The position numbers were made by a program, and so were the translations under genes. The notes under the pieces are model-generated. The model did no database searches, was not told where the DNA came from, and was given only the letters and a program-made list of their open reading frames with translations. From an uncultured bacterium (lineage in GTDB: Bacteria > Planctomycetota > JAJSAM01 > JAJVHW01), in contig CALKVK010000011.1 in NCBI GenBank assembly GCA_937996235.1, positions 49,767 through 113,766 of the forward strand: a DNA stretch of 64,000 nucleotides, given 5' to 3'. Positions 25,908 through 34,119 of the stretch are shown in pieces (position 1 is the first letter of the stretch; every line of letters begins with the position of its first letter).

Positions 25908-27290
25908 CTACCGTTGACCGTTCGGCTGCGGCCCCGGCTGGGGCGGCGGCTCCGGGCGCTCGCCGAGGAACGTGCCGCCGCCCGCGTCCGCGATGCGCTT
26001 CAGCGACTCCGGCACCTTCACGCGCGTGTGCGCGATCCACGAGACGGAGGTCTGCGTGCCGTCGGCCTCGCGATGGCGCCCGGCCGTGCACACTGCGGAG
26101 TCGGGATCGCCCGCCTTCGAGTCCGTGATGACGAACACCTCGCGACGCGCGTGCCGGCGCCACGGCATGCGGTCGAGCGCCTCCTCGAGCGCAGCCTCGA
26201 TCGAGGAGCCCTGCGCGTCGGTCCCGCGGCCGCGGATGGTCAGGAGGAACTCGCTCGCGAGCTCGCCGGAGTACGTCAGCGGCAGAACGCGCGTCTCCCA
26301 CTGGCCCGCGCTCTTCGGGCGGTCGCGGAACGCGACGATGCCGAGCCGCACGTCGCAGCGGATCGCGCGCACCGGATCGATCTCGGCCTGGACGCGGCGT
26401 TGCATCCCGCTCACTGCACCGTAGTTCGAGCCGGACGCGTCGAACGCCAGGATCAGGTCGAGCCGACGCCGTCGCGCGGGCTCGACCGGGCGGTCCGATT
26501 CGGCGACCGCGTAGCCGTCCTTCTCGGCGCGCTTCAGGTCCTCGAGCTTCTGCCGGTACTCGCGCACGGCACGCAGCTCGTCGAGCGTCGCCACGATCTG
26601 CGGGCGCAGGTCGTGGCGCAGCACCTTCTCGGCCTCCTCGAGACGGTCGAACGCGTGGTCCTCGAGCAGGTCCAGCGCGGTGAGCCGCGTGTCGAGGTCC
26701 GCGTGGGCGCGCAGGCACGCGACGATCGACTCGCCGATCTCCAGCTTGCCGTACTCGTGCTCCGACATCGCACGCAGCGCCGCGCAGCGCACGACGGCGT
26801 CGTCGTCGTTCAGCGCTCGGGTCAGGATCTCGAGCGTGTCGAGCTCCGGGTCGAACGCGAGCGACTGCACGACGAGCGCGCGCCCGAGCTGGTCGGACTG
26901 GGGCGAGAGCAGGAGCGCGTTGCGCTTCGTGCGCCCGCCGGGGCACTTCATGATCGCCTTCGCGAGCGCGACCCGCTGCAGCCGGAAGCCGCCGCGGTAG
27001 AGCAGGCGCGTGACGGCCTCGCCCGCGCGCTCGTTCGCGACCTCGCCGAGCGCATCGGCGGCCGCCACGCAGACCGCGATGTCGCGGTCACCGCGCACGA
27101 TGCGCTCGAGCACGGGCACCGACCGCGGATCCTGCGCCGCGCCGATGCTCTGCACGGCGAGGAGCCGCCCGCTCGCGTCGGGCGCGGATCCGTACGCCGC
27201 GAGCGCGTCGAGGTAGGCGTCGGCGGCGAGAGCCACGGTCGCGGCGCCCGCGAACGCGAGTGCGACTCCGATCCGTCCGCCGCGCCCCAT
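25908..27290 (-). CDS. HEAT-repeat protein with C-terminal von Willebrand factor A (vWA) domain
   Basis: HEAT/PBS-lyase-like repeats (VCVAAADALGEV, VRCAALRAMSE). vWA MIDAS residues DASGS, ...GRGTDAQGSS..., VITDSKAGDP. Confidence 0.7.
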   Translation of the reverse strand: MGRGGRIGVALAFAGAATVALAADAYLDALAAYGSAPDASGRLLAVQSIGAAQDPRSVPVLERIVRGDRDIAVCVAAADALGEVANERAGEAVTRLLYRGGFRLQRVALAKAIMKCPGGRTKRNALLLSPQSDQLGRALVVQSLAFDPELDTLEILTRALNDDDAVVRCAALRAMSEHEYGKLEIGESIVACLRAHADLDTRLTALDLLEDHAFDRLEEAEKVLRHDLRPQIVATLDELRAVREYRQKLEDLKRAEKDGYAVAESDRPVEPARRRRLDLILAFDASGSNYGAVSGMQRRVQAEIDPVRAIRCDVRLGIVAFRDRPKSAGQWETRVLPLTYSGELASEFLLTIRGRGTDAQGSSIEAALEEALDRMPWRRHARREVFVITDSKAGDPDSAVCTAGRHREADGTQTSVSWIAHTRVKVPESLKRIADAGGGTFLGERPEPPPQPGPQPNGQR

Positions 27291-27430
27291 GCCCCCTCCG
27301 ATCCGCGCCGTCTGCGTCCCGCGTCAGCGTACCCCTGTCTGGCGATCGCGCACGTGGTCGCACCGCCGGGGTGGCGCGGACGGCAGCCGGATGTAGCGTT
27401 TCCGGAGGGCGCGTGATCCTGGGGGGCGGC

Positions 27431-29230
27431 ATGGAACGGCGCGAGACGAGGCGGGGGCTGACGGCGGCTGTGGTCGTGCTGACGCTGGCGGTCTCCGCGG
27501 CCGACGCGGCGGCGCACGGCGGCGCGTACTACCCGCCCCACCCCCCGACGCCGCGCGGTCCGCTCGTCCCGCCCGGCCCGGGCGGCCGCGGCCCGACCAC
27601 GGGCCCCGGCGGCGGCCCGACGACTCCGGGTGACGCCGCCACGACGCCGGGCACGTCGACCCGCGAGGCGGCCCCCGATCTCGACGACTGGACGCGCTGG
27701 TGGTTCGCGAACCGGGCGCAGGTCCTGCGCGGCACGGACCGACGCGACGCCACGCAGCGCGACACCACGCAGCGCGACGGAACGACCACCGCCGAACCCG
27801 CGTGGCGCGACGAGGCCCGCGCCGCGCTGCGAGCGGCACTCGCCGACGACGACGCGGACATCGCGAGCGGTGCCGCCGTCGCGCTCGGGCGGGCCGCCGA
27901 CGTGCGCGCCGCCGCGGCGCTCGTCGAAGCGCTCCGCGATCCGGAGCGCGACGTGACGGTGCGCGAGGCGTGCGCGATCGCCCTCGGACTGCTCGGCCGC
28001 CCCGCCGGGGACGCGGCGGGCGAGGCGCTCGTCGACACGGTCGACGACCGCCACGCGACGCCGCGGCTCCGCGCGATCGCGTCGTACGCGCTGAGCGTGG
28101 GCGGCCACGCGAACGCCGCAGAACTCTGTGCGCGCGACGCGACGGCCGAACCGTTGCGGAGCGGCGACGCACCCCGCTTCGACCTCGTCGGCGCCGGCGC
28201 GACCGGACTCGGCATCTCGCACGACGCCGCCGCACGCGAGTTGCTCGAAGGGCTCGTCGCGCGACGCGGCGCGTCCGAGACCGCGCGACGCGCGTACGCG
28301 GTCCACGGCCTCGCACGACTCGGCGATGCGAGCGTGAAGCCCGCTCTCCTGCGCACGCTGCGCGGGCGCGACGACGATGCCCGGCGCGCGGCGTGCCTCG
28401 CGCTCGGTGTGCTCGCGACGCGGAGCGACGGCGACGCCGTCGACGCACTCGTCGCGCTCCTGGCGAGCGACGCGGCCCCGTCGGTGCGCGGCGCCGCCGC
28501 CGTCACGCTCGGCCGCCTCGGCGGCGGTCGCGCGGTCCGCGCGCTCCGTTCGACGCTCGCAGCCGACGCGCAGGCCACGCCGGACAAGCTGCGGCCGTTC
28601 GTCGCGCTGGCCCTGGGCATCGCCGCGGCCGACACGCCGGAAGAGGCGGAGACCGCCACCGCGCCGATGCGCGCGATCCTCGCGGGCACCGGAGACGCCT
28701 CGCTGCGCGGCGCCGCGGCGTGCGCCCTCGGACTCGCGCACCGGACCGACGCGCGCGAACTGCTCGAGCGGACCGCCGCGGAGCGCGGCGACCCCTGGCT
28801 GCGTGCGCATGCGGCGTTCGCCCTGGGACTCGTCGGCGACGCGGTCGACACGCCGCAGACACTGCGCGAGGTGCTCGTCTTTCGCGGCCATGACGCGCCC
28901 GCGCGCGAGGCCGCCGCGGCGCTCGGCCGGCTGCGCGACACGGGGTCGATCCGCGCGCTCCTCCGCGTGCTCGACGCCGAGGACATGTCGCCCGAGGTCC
29001 AGGGCGCCGCAGCCGTCGCACTCGGGCGGATCGGCGGCGAGGAGGGCGCGGGCAACCTGACGCGACTCCTCCGCGACACCGCGCGCCGGCCCTACGTGCG
29101 CGCGATGGCTGCCGTCGCGCTCGGCCACGCCCTCGACAGGCAGCGCGCTGCCGGTCTCGCCGAGGTCGCCGCGGACCTCGACTGGGTGCACTTCACCGAC
29201 GCGGTGAACGAGATCCTGACGATCCTCTGA
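27431..29230 (+). CDS. Secreted HEAT-repeat protein (paralogue of 46495-48162)
   Basis: Signal peptide MERRETRRGLTAAVVVLTLAVSAADAAAHGG. Many ...R..AA.ALG..G...A...L..LL.D.... repeats. Shares the N-terminal AHGG-YxxP-GPGG box and the C-terminal NE(I/V)L(T/S)IL with the gene at 46495. Confidence 0.75.
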   Translation: MERRETRRGLTAAVVVLTLAVSAADAAAHGGAYYPPHPPTPRGPLVPPGPGGRGPTTGPGGGPTTPGDAATTPGTSTREAAPDLDDWTRWWFANRAQVLRGTDRRDATQRDTTQRDGTTTAEPAWRDEARAALRAALADDDADIASGAAVALGRAADVRAAAALVEALRDPERDVTVREACAIALGLLGRPAGDAAGEALVDTVDDRHATPRLRAIASYALSVGGHANAAELCARDATAEPLRSGDAPRFDLVGAGATGLGISHDAAARELLEGLVARRGASETARRAYAVHGLARLGDASVKPALLRTLRGRDDDARRAACLALGVLATRSDGDAVDALVALLASDAAPSVRGAAAVTLGRLGGGRAVRALRSTLAADAQATPDKLRPFVALALGIAAADTPEEAETATAPMRAILAGTGDASLRGAAACALGLAHRTDARELLERTAAERGDPWLRAHAAFALGLVGDAVDTPQTLREVLVFRGHDAPAREAAAALGRLRDTGSIRALLRVLDAEDMSPEVQGAAAVALGRIGGEEGAGNLTRLLRDTARRPYVRAMAAVALGHALDRQRAAGLAEVAADLDWVHFTDAVNEILTIL

Positions 29231-29257
29231 GCGCGGCCCGGCCGGATGCGGGCGTGG

Positions 29258-30463
29258 TCAGCGACCGTCGTCCGCCTCGGCGTCCGGCTGTTCGAGGCGG
29301 CTCGCGATCCGCTCGAGCGCGGCGTCGCCGGGCGCCGCCCGGAGCTGTGCGCGCACGACCTCGAGCGCGGCGGTGCGCGCACCGCTCGCTGCGACGTATC
29401 CGAGCGCGCGCTCCACGGCGTCGGCGTGCTCGCGCTCCGCGCAGGCGACGCGCGCCGCGAGCACGGCAGCGTCGTCCCCGCGCTCGACCTCGAGCAGCGC
29501 CTCGACCGTGTCCGCCCAGCCGCCGTCGCGCGCGTGGAGTACGCGCCGGGTCGCGAAGCTCTGGCCGCGCGGGATCTCCACCGACGAGGGGGGTTCCTCG
29601 AACTCGACGTCGAACGGCTCCGACACCCACGTGTGCAGGGCGAACTCGTCGACGCGCTCGAGCGACTCGGCCGCGTCGGAGGGGAGCTTCGAACTGCTGT
29701 ACGGCACCGTGACTCCGACGGCCTGCGCGGCGCCGAGGACGTTGTAGAGCCCGATCCGGCCCCCGTCGACGTCGACGTCGAACTCCTCCAGGGTCCTGTC
29801 GCCCGCACGCGCGACGACATGGCGCGAGCCGGCGGCGACGCGGCACGTCGCGCGCCCCTGCGGCTCCACGTCCAGTTCGTCGCTGCCGATCGTGACGTGC
29901 AGCGGTACGTCGAGCGCGTTGACGACGTGCACGCGCGACGTCCCTCCGTGATACGCGGCCACACCGGCGTACACGGCGATGGCGAGCGCGATGCACGCGA
30001 CGATGCGCACGCCCGTGCGCTGCGTGCCGGCACGCACGGGGACCTGCGCGAAGAACTGCCAGCCGCGTCCGGAGTCGCGCACGAGCCAGGCGTCGAGCGG
30101 GATGAGCGGGACGAAGACGACCGAGAACCAGCGCGTCTTGACGTACGTGTCGTCTTCGGCGTCGTAGTCGGCGCTCCCGTACATGCCCGTCCCGATGCCG
30201 TTCAGCCGGCCGAGGCCGGGCGCCTTCTGCAGCGGACGCGCGAACACGCGGGAGCGGTCGAGCACGGCGTCGATCTCGGCGCGCGCAGATCCGCTCTGTG
30301 TGCGCCGCCGCAGCCCTCGCAACGCCCTGTGCACGGCGAACGGGTCGTCGCGGTCCACGGCAGCGGCGACTGCCGCATCGAGCAGCATCTCGTCGGCAGC
30401 GGTGCCGCCGCCCAAGAGCTGTCGCCATTCCTCGCGCGTCCGGGGCCGGTACGTGTCGGGCAT
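29258..30463 (-). CDS. Hypothetical membrane protein (401 aa)
   Basis: Minus-strand frame is protein-like (D/E/V/L-rich, one clear TM helix IVACIALAIAVYAGVAAY). The overlapping plus-strand ORF is Arg-rich antisense junk. Confidence 0.45.
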   Translation of the reverse strand: MPDTYRPRTREEWRQLLGGGTAADEMLLDAAVAAAVDRDDPFAVHRALRGLRRRTQSGSARAEIDAVLDRSRVFARPLQKAPGLGRLNGIGTGMYGSADYDAEDDTYVKTRWFSVVFVPLIPLDAWLVRDSGRGWQFFAQVPVRAGTQRTGVRIVACIALAIAVYAGVAAYHGGTSRVHVVNALDVPLHVTIGSDELDVEPQGRATCRVAAGSRHVVARAGDRTLEEFDVDVDGGRIGLYNVLGAAQAVGVTVPYSSSKLPSDAAESLERVDEFALHTWVSEPFDVEFEEPPSSVEIPRGQSFATRRVLHARDGGWADTVEALLEVERGDDAAVLAARVACAEREHADAVERALGYVAASGARTAALEVVRAQLRAAPGDAALERIASRLEQPDAEADDGR

Positions 30464-30715
30464 GCCCGATGTTTTAGCCCGACCTTCTCACGACGACTCG
30501 CACACCTGAGCGGTCCAGCGCGCCGCGCGCTGCGTTGCCTCGGCTCTGCGACGCCACGGCGTCGCGATCGCCTCGGCGCCTTGCTCGCGACGCGCTGTCC
30601 TCGCTCAGGACGTCGCCCGCGGCGCGCTCCGTGCTCGCCGCGGGCAGGCCGAGCCTCGATTGCGCCGAGGTCATCGTCACGAAGTGCGCAAGCCTCGTGA
30701 GAAGGCCGGGCTTGC

Positions 30716-30763
30716 CCGCATCGTTTCCCGGATCTCGCGGCGAGTGCGGCTGTGACCCAGTCG
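30716..30763. promoter_or_regulatory. Conserved ~47-nt non-coding element, copy B (CCGCATCGTTTCCCGGATCTCGCGGCGAGTGCGGCTGTGACCCAGTCG)
   Basis: Second copy of the element at 22813-22859. Lies between the flotillin gene 3' end (31028) and the start of 29258-30463 (-). Confidence 0.5.
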
Positions 30764-31027
30764 CTTCGAGGGCGGCGGCCGTGGCGCCTGTGCTCCTACC
30801 CCGCGACAGACCGTCCCGGCCGAGCCGGAGGTGCGAGCTCAAGGGTGCGCGACGAAGTCGGGGTTGAACGCCCCGTTCGAGGAGCGCGGACGCAGAGACC
30901 GCGACTCCGGCGTCGCGCCGGGCGCGGGAGCTGGTGAACGATGCGGGCTGGCCCGCACGGGGCTCGCGTTCTCGCGCGGAGTCGCGCGGTCGCGGCGCAC
31001 CGCGGTGGGTGCGCCGGTCGCCCCACG

Positions 31028-32992
31028 TCACGCGGCGTGCGCGGCCTCCGCCGGCGGCCGCAGCCGCTGCATCCACGCCGCCGCGAGCCCCTCGAGCGCG
31101 CCGCCCGAGGCACCCGTGACCAGCACCTCCGGCACGAACGGCACGTGCCCGCGCGCCAGCGCCTCGACGGCGTTGACGAGCGCCGTGGCCTGCGCGCCGA
31201 GCGCCGCGACCTGCCGCTCGTACGCCTCCGCGCGCGCGAGTCCGACGGCGCGCACCTCCGCGCCCGCGGCGCGGCCCGTCTGCTCGATGTACGCCGCCTC
31301 GCCGCGCGCCTCCTCCTCGCGGGCGCGCGCGTCGTTCGTCTTGATGTCGACGCCGACGGCCGACCGCGCGAGCTCCGCCTGCATGTCGGCGGTGCCCTTC
31401 GCGCGCTCCATGTCCACGCGCTCGAGCTGCGCCGTGCGCTGCATGCGGAACGTCGCGACCTCCTGGTTCGCGATCTCGCGCTCCGTGAGCACCTGCACCA
31501 TGTCCTCCGGCAGGATCACGTCCTGGATGTAGACGCCGCGCGTCTCGACCTCGTAGTGCGCGAGCTGCGTGCGGATGTGCTCGAACGCCTCGGCCTGCAC
31601 GCGCTGGCGCGTCTCGATGAAGTCGATCGCCTCCATCGAGCCGAGCTTGTCGCGGAAGAGGTTGCCGACGGCCGCCTGCAGCACCTCGTTCACGAGGTTC
31701 TGCATGGTGCCGACCATCGAGATCACGCGCGGCGCCTTCGCGTCGGGCACGTGGATCAGCACCTGGAGGTCGATGCTGAAGACGAAGCCCTCCTTGCTCT
31801 TCGCGATGATCGGCTCGAGCTTCGCGTCCAGGCTGTGCGCGGTCGAGACCGCGCGCGCCCAGTTCAGGTTGAGGATCGACGTGGGCACGATCTCGGCCTG
31901 GTAGATGCGCGGGTTGATCGCGTACTTGCCCGTGCGCAGCGGTTCGCGCCACAGTCCGCGGTGCCCCGGACGGACGAGCGAGCCGAACTTGAACGCCTCG
32001 CCCGAGGTGTCCTGCGTCGAGAGACCGACGAACGCCTTCACGGCGGCGGCCTGTCCCTGGCGCACGACGAGCATCGGCACGATCTCGACGCGGACGAGGA
32101 ACGGGTTCAGGTTGTAGGCGCCGTAGCGCAGGACGTCGTGCTGCAGCCCCATCTCGCCGCCGGCGTCGAGGAACGCCTGGAAGTCCTGGTAGTTGTCGTG
32201 CAGGTGATTGCGGTCGCCGAGGAGCACGTCGATCAGACGCGAGTCGTCGACGGCGTCCTCGGCCTCGAGCGCGGCGACGTCGGCGAAGCCGCCGAGGCGG
32301 CTCGCGATGTAGCCGGAGGACAGCGGGCGGCCCTCGAGGGTCGTCACGACGCCGACGACGTCCTCGCGCTCGCCGTCGCCCGCACGCGGCGCGATCCGCA
32401 CGACCTCGAGCTGCTCGGGGTGCAGGTTGAACGACTCCGGAGACAGCGCGCCGCCGCGCGTCCGCGACTGCAGCTCGGGCGACACGGACAGGCCGTAGAC
32501 GCGGCGCCGCGTGATCGCGAGGAACGCGACCGGATGCAGCGGGAGCAGCGAGCCCGGCGCCAGCGTGCGGCGCTGCACGCCCTTCTGGCCACCGCCCTGA
32601 ACGAAGGCGGCGACGTCGGTGTAGTTCGCGAACTCCGCGCGGTACACGGCCGACTTGGCACCGGCCGGCAGCTCCTCGCCGACCTGTGCGATGACGACGC
32701 CGATCTCGCCCGCGGGCACCTGCACCCACGGGTGCTTCTGCACCGCGAAGAGCGGCCAGAGGCGGAAGCGCAGCCCCGGCATGAGCAGCTCCGCCTGGTA
32801 GCCGGCCTCGCCGTCGAACGCGATGGGGTCGTCGTCGGGCAGCCGTCGCCCGACGCGCTTGACGACGAGCCCCACCTCGGACGAACCGATGACGTGGAGT
32901 GAACGCAGGACGACGACGAGCGCTGCGGCGGTCGCGGCGAGCGCGACCAGCACGAGCACGTTCGGATCGAGCACGGAGGCCTCCCGGCGCAC
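31028..32992 (-). CDS. Flotillin / SPFH (band-7) family membrane protein
   Basis: N-terminal TM helix, SPFH domain, long Ala/Glu/Arg/Gln-rich coiled-coil (...REIANQEVATFRMQRTAQLERVDMERAKGTADMQAELAR...), as in YqiK-like flotillins. Confidence 0.8.
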   Translation of the reverse strand: MRREASVLDPNVLVLVALAATAAALVVVLRSLHVIGSSEVGLVVKRVGRRLPDDDPIAFDGEAGYQAELLMPGLRFRLWPLFAVQKHPWVQVPAGEIGVVIAQVGEELPAGAKSAVYRAEFANYTDVAAFVQGGGQKGVQRRTLAPGSLLPLHPVAFLAITRRRVYGLSVSPELQSRTRGGALSPESFNLHPEQLEVVRIAPRAGDGEREDVVGVVTTLEGRPLSSGYIASRLGGFADVAALEAEDAVDDSRLIDVLLGDRNHLHDNYQDFQAFLDAGGEMGLQHDVLRYGAYNLNPFLVRVEIVPMLVVRQGQAAAVKAFVGLSTQDTSGEAFKFGSLVRPGHRGLWREPLRTGKYAINPRIYQAEIVPTSILNLNWARAVSTAHSLDAKLEPIIAKSKEGFVFSIDLQVLIHVPDAKAPRVISMVGTMQNLVNEVLQAAVGNLFRDKLGSMEAIDFIETRQRVQAEAFEHIRTQLAHYEVETRGVYIQDVILPEDMVQVLTEREIANQEVATFRMQRTAQLERVDMERAKGTADMQAELARSAVGVDIKTNDARAREEEARGEAAYIEQTGRAAGAEVRAVGLARAEAYERQVAALGAQATALVNAVEALARGHVPFVPEVLVTGASGGALEGLAAAWMQRLRPPAEAAHAA

Positions 32993-33080
32993 CCGGTCGC
33001 GCGCGGCGTGCGCTGCGTGGGTCGCCGGGCGTGCAACCGGCGCGGGGAGAGCTGGTTGGCGCGCCCGCCGTCGGCGCGCG

Positions 33081-33662
33081 TCAGCGCCGGACGAGCCAGA
33101 CGCGCCCGACGATGCGCTCGCGGCCGAGCGTGCGCGGCCACGTCTCCGGTTCGGGCACCGGACCGAGCTTCGAGACGGTCGCGCGGTCGCCGTCGACGGC
33201 GTCGGCGCGGGCGACGATCGCGTGACCGTCGTCGTCGCGGTAGATGACGACGTCGCCGGGTGCGGGCGCGGAGAGCTTCTCGACGATCACCCACGCGCCC
33301 GCCGGCACGGCGGGGTCCATCGACGCGCCGACGACGTGGTACGCCTCGGCGACCTGCGAGCGCACGAGGAACATCAGCCCCACCGCGACGGCGAGCGCCG
33401 CGGGGGCGCGGCGGAGCTGCTTCTTCCACCACGTGCGGGCGCGTCCCTTGCCGCGCGCGATCTCCGCACCCAGACGCTCGGGTTCGCCGAACTCCTGCGT
33501 CAGCATGGTCAGAGCCTCCTCTTCGTCGGCGCCCGCGGCGTGCTCCGCGAGCAGCTCCTCGAGATGTGCGGCGAGTTCCGCGCGCACGTCGCGCGCGTCG
33601 CGCGGGGCGAGGGCCGCCGCGCCGAGCACGCGGGCGACGTAGCGCTCAACGCACGGCCGCAC
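33081..33662 (-). CDS. PadR-associated membrane protein: HAAS/DUF1700-like N-domain, TM helix, S24/S26 (LexA / signal-peptidase-like) serine peptidase domain
   Basis: N-terminus ERYVARVLGAAALAPRDARDVRAELAAHLEELLAEHAAGADEEEALTMLTQEFGEPERLGAEI. TM helix AALAVAVGLMFLV. Then GASMDPAVPAGAWVIVEK...GDVVIY (GxSMxP catalytic-Ser motif). Confidence 0.55.
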   Translation of the reverse strand: MRPCVERYVARVLGAAALAPRDARDVRAELAAHLEELLAEHAAGADEEEALTMLTQEFGEPERLGAEIARGKGRARTWWKKQLRRAPAALAVAVGLMFLVRSQVAEAYHVVGASMDPAVPAGAWVIVEKLSAPAPGDVVIYRDDDGHAIVARADAVDGDRATVSKLGPVPEPETWPRTLGRERIVGRVWLVRR

Positions 33663-33996
33663 GGGGTGCCTCCAGCACGCGCGCCATCGCGACGACGAGC
33701 GCGCCCCACTCGCCGATGCGGGCCGATGCGGCAGCGGCGCCGCGGCGCGTCAGCCCGTAGTACTTCCGTGCGCGGGACGTGTCGTCGGACTGCTGCCAGC
33801 GCCCCTTCACGAGGCCGCGCCGCTCGAGCGTGTAGAGCAGCGGGTACACGGTCCCCTGCCCCAGGTCGAACGCGCCGCCGCTGCGCTCGCGCAGCTCGCG
33901 GATGAGCTCGTAGCCGTACATCGCGCGCTCGGCCAGCAGATGCAGCACGAGCGTCTCGGTGCAGCCCTTCAGGAACTCGGTGCGCTTGCCGTCCAC
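33646..33996 (-). CDS. PadR-family transcriptional regulator
   Basis: GTG start (complement 33994-33996) preceded by GGAGG. LVLHLLAERAMYGYELIRELRERSGGAFDLGQGTVYPLLYTLERRGLV. Confidence 0.85.
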   Translation of the reverse strand: MDGKRTEFLKGCTETLVLHLLAERAMYGYELIRELRERSGGAFDLGQGTVYPLLYTLERRGLVKGRWQQSDDTSRARKYYGLTRRGAAAASARIGEWGALVVAMARVLEAPRAAVR

Positions 33997-34014
33997 GACG
34001 CCTCCGGGGACATA

Positions 34015-34050
34015 CCTCGGATCACAAAGTATGCGACCCGAGGTGATCCG
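34015..34050. promoter_or_regulatory. Inverted repeat CGGATCAC-N17-GTGATCCG in the divergent padR / ECF-fusion promoter region (candidate PadR operator)
   Basis: Arms at 34018-34025 and 34043-34050, flanked by CCTCGG / CCGAGG. Located 22-54 nt upstream of the padR start and ~70 nt upstream of the sigma-fusion start. Confidence 0.4.
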
Positions 34051-34119
34051 TCAACCGGACACGTGCGCGGCGCGCGGGGATTCCGCGTCACGCGCGGGCG
34101 GGTTGGCGGCAATGGGGGC

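Noticed and set aside
25803-27416. 537-aa plus-strand ORF
   Set aside because: Antisense to the HEAT-vWA gene. The minus-strand product has MIDAS residues and HEAT repeats, while the plus product has none.
29246-30700. 484-aa plus-strand ORF
   Set aside because: Arg-rich antisense translation. The minus-strand ORF 29258-30463 has protein-like composition and a TM helix.
30941-32902. 653-aa plus-strand ORF
   Set aside because: Antisense of the flotillin/SPFH gene, which has clear band-7 and coiled-coil features on the minus strand.
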